From contig JANJXT010000046.1 of assembly GCA_024708885.1 (NCBI GenBank), positions 28,436-92,435 of the forward strand: DNA of 64,000 nucleotides, given 5' to 3'. A program made the translations under genes and the position numbers. The notes beneath the pieces were generated by a model. The model was not told the origin of the DNA, did not search any database, and was given only the letters and a program-made list of their open reading frames with translations. The first letter of the stretch is position 1, and each line of letters begins with the position of its first letter. Positions 62,445 to 64,000 of the stretch are shown piece after piece. This stretch comes from Thiobacillus sp. Its GTDB lineage: Bacteria > Pseudomonadota > Gammaproteobacteria > Burkholderiales > Thiobacillaceae.

Positions 62445-63035
62445 TCAGGATTGCGCGAGTGCTGCTGCGATCCGCTGCATGTCGGAGTCGAGGATGGCCT
62501 CGACATCGAGGAGGATCGCCACCTCGTCGCCAACGACCACACCGCCCCGGTCGAGGGGCGAGTTCCAGCTCACGCCGAAGTCGTGGCGGTTGATCGCGGT
62601 GGAGGCGGTGAAACCGATGCGCGTGGTCGGGCCCAGGTCGCGGCCGCCCTCCCAGTAGGGACACTGCCAGCGTCCCAGATAGTGCGTCCTCAGCACGACC
62701 GGCCGCGTCACCCCGCGCAAATCGAGTTCTCCCGTGACCCGGAAGTCGGCGCCCCCCACGCAGTGAATCTCGCTGCTGCGAAAGCGGATCTCCGGGTGTG
62801 CTGCCACGTCAAGAAAATCGGCGTCGCGCAGGTGTGCGTCGCGCGCATCGTCGCCGGTCCAGATTCCCGCCGCGTCGAACGTCGCCTCGACCGTGGCGGC
62901 CTGGGTCGGCTCATCGGGGTTGAAATCGATGGTTCCACGCGCGTTCTTGATGAGGCCGCGCATCTGCGAAACCATCATGTGCCGCACTGCGAACGCCGCC
63001 GCGGAATGCCCCGGCTCGAATGTCCATCTGGGCAT
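62445..63035 (-). CDS. YceI family protein (no signal peptide)
   Basis: HSAAAFAVRHMMVS, RDAHLRDADFLD, GELDLRGVT, INRHDFG; GAGG RBS. Confidence 0.9.
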   Translation of the reverse strand: MPRWTFEPGHSAAAFAVRHMMVSQMRGLIKNARGTIDFNPDEPTQAATVEATFDAAGIWTGDDARDAHLRDADFLDVAAHPEIRFRSSEIHCVGGADFRVTGELDLRGVTRPVVLRTHYLGRWQCPYWEGGRDLGPTTRIGFTASTAINRHDFGVSWNSPLDRGGVVVGDEVAILLDVEAILDSDMQRIAAALAQS

Positions 63036-63156
63036 GGCAATTCCTCCATCCCCTTGTTCATTGCGGATAGGCTGCTTACGTTCTTTTTATATGCTATCTC
63101 GCCTCGGCGCAAGCGGGTTCGTGGCAGCGGGTTCGCGGACCGATCGCGACGCGAAA

Positions 63157-63186
63157 TTGACCGCGGCGGCCGGGATGTGTTTTAAT
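63157..63186 (+). promoter_or_regulatory. tRNA-Val sigma70 promoter
   Basis: TTGACC-N18-TTTAAT with TG extension and GC-rich discriminator. Confidence 0.65.
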
Positions 63187-63199
63187 TCGGCCCGCTTCG

Positions 63200-63274
63200 G
63201 GGCAGTTAGCTCAGCGGTAGAGCATCGCCTTCACACGGCGGGGGTCACAAGTTCGAACCTTGTACTGCCCACCA
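63200..63274 (+). tRNA. tRNA-Val(CAC)
   Basis: GGGCAGT acceptor/ACTGCCC, anticodon arm TCGCC-TTCACAC-GGCGG, TTCGAAC, ACCA end. Confidence 0.96.
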
Positions 63275-63417
63275 TCCCGAACATCACCCGCCCGGACCTT
63301 TGCAGCCGGGCATCCTGCACCCGCCAATCGGCGCAGGTTTTTGTCAGCGATCTCACGATCACATCGCCTGCCTCGATTGGTGTCACGGCAACGTGACAGG
63401 CCGCCGCAGGAAACACC

Positions 63418-64000
<583 letters not shown>

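Overview
GC-rich betaproteobacterial chromosome segment; gene order and protein style suggest a Thiobacillus-like organism (inference). The housekeeping backbone is ilvIHC-psd-pssA; tRNA-Pro-ispB / rplU-rpmA-obgE; pcnB-folK-dNK-panB-panC; btuCD-like, ppiA, tusA-like, cysB-like, ccoI-like, aat-ate, thyA-folA; gltX, tRNA-Thr, tRNA-Val and rhlE. Accessory DNA is (i) a ~22 kb block (5069-27347) with three tripartite-type efflux systems and a coupled cargo operon, (ii) an arsenic operon arsR-arsC-(deleted acr3)-arsM, (iii) a 7.17 kb element integrated in tRNA-Thr(CGT), and (iv) a 2.4 kb islet (SenA/EgtB-like + YceI) bracketed by a duplicated promoter plus 5' half of tRNA-Val(CAC). The standout is the tRNA-Thr element. 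It has 47-bp att repeats, arm-type and IHF-like sites, an integrase, two small excisionase/AlpA-like proteins and a DUF3987-type helicase whose gene contains 12 iteron-like repeats. Its late module resembles a podovirus (BPP-1/epsilon15-type) capsid cement protein, a rearranged scaffold and a small-terminase-like protein, with no capsid, portal, large terminase, tail or lysis genes. It looks like an undescribed type of phage satellite that remodels podovirus capsids. All family assignments come from motif recognition by eye, not database searches.
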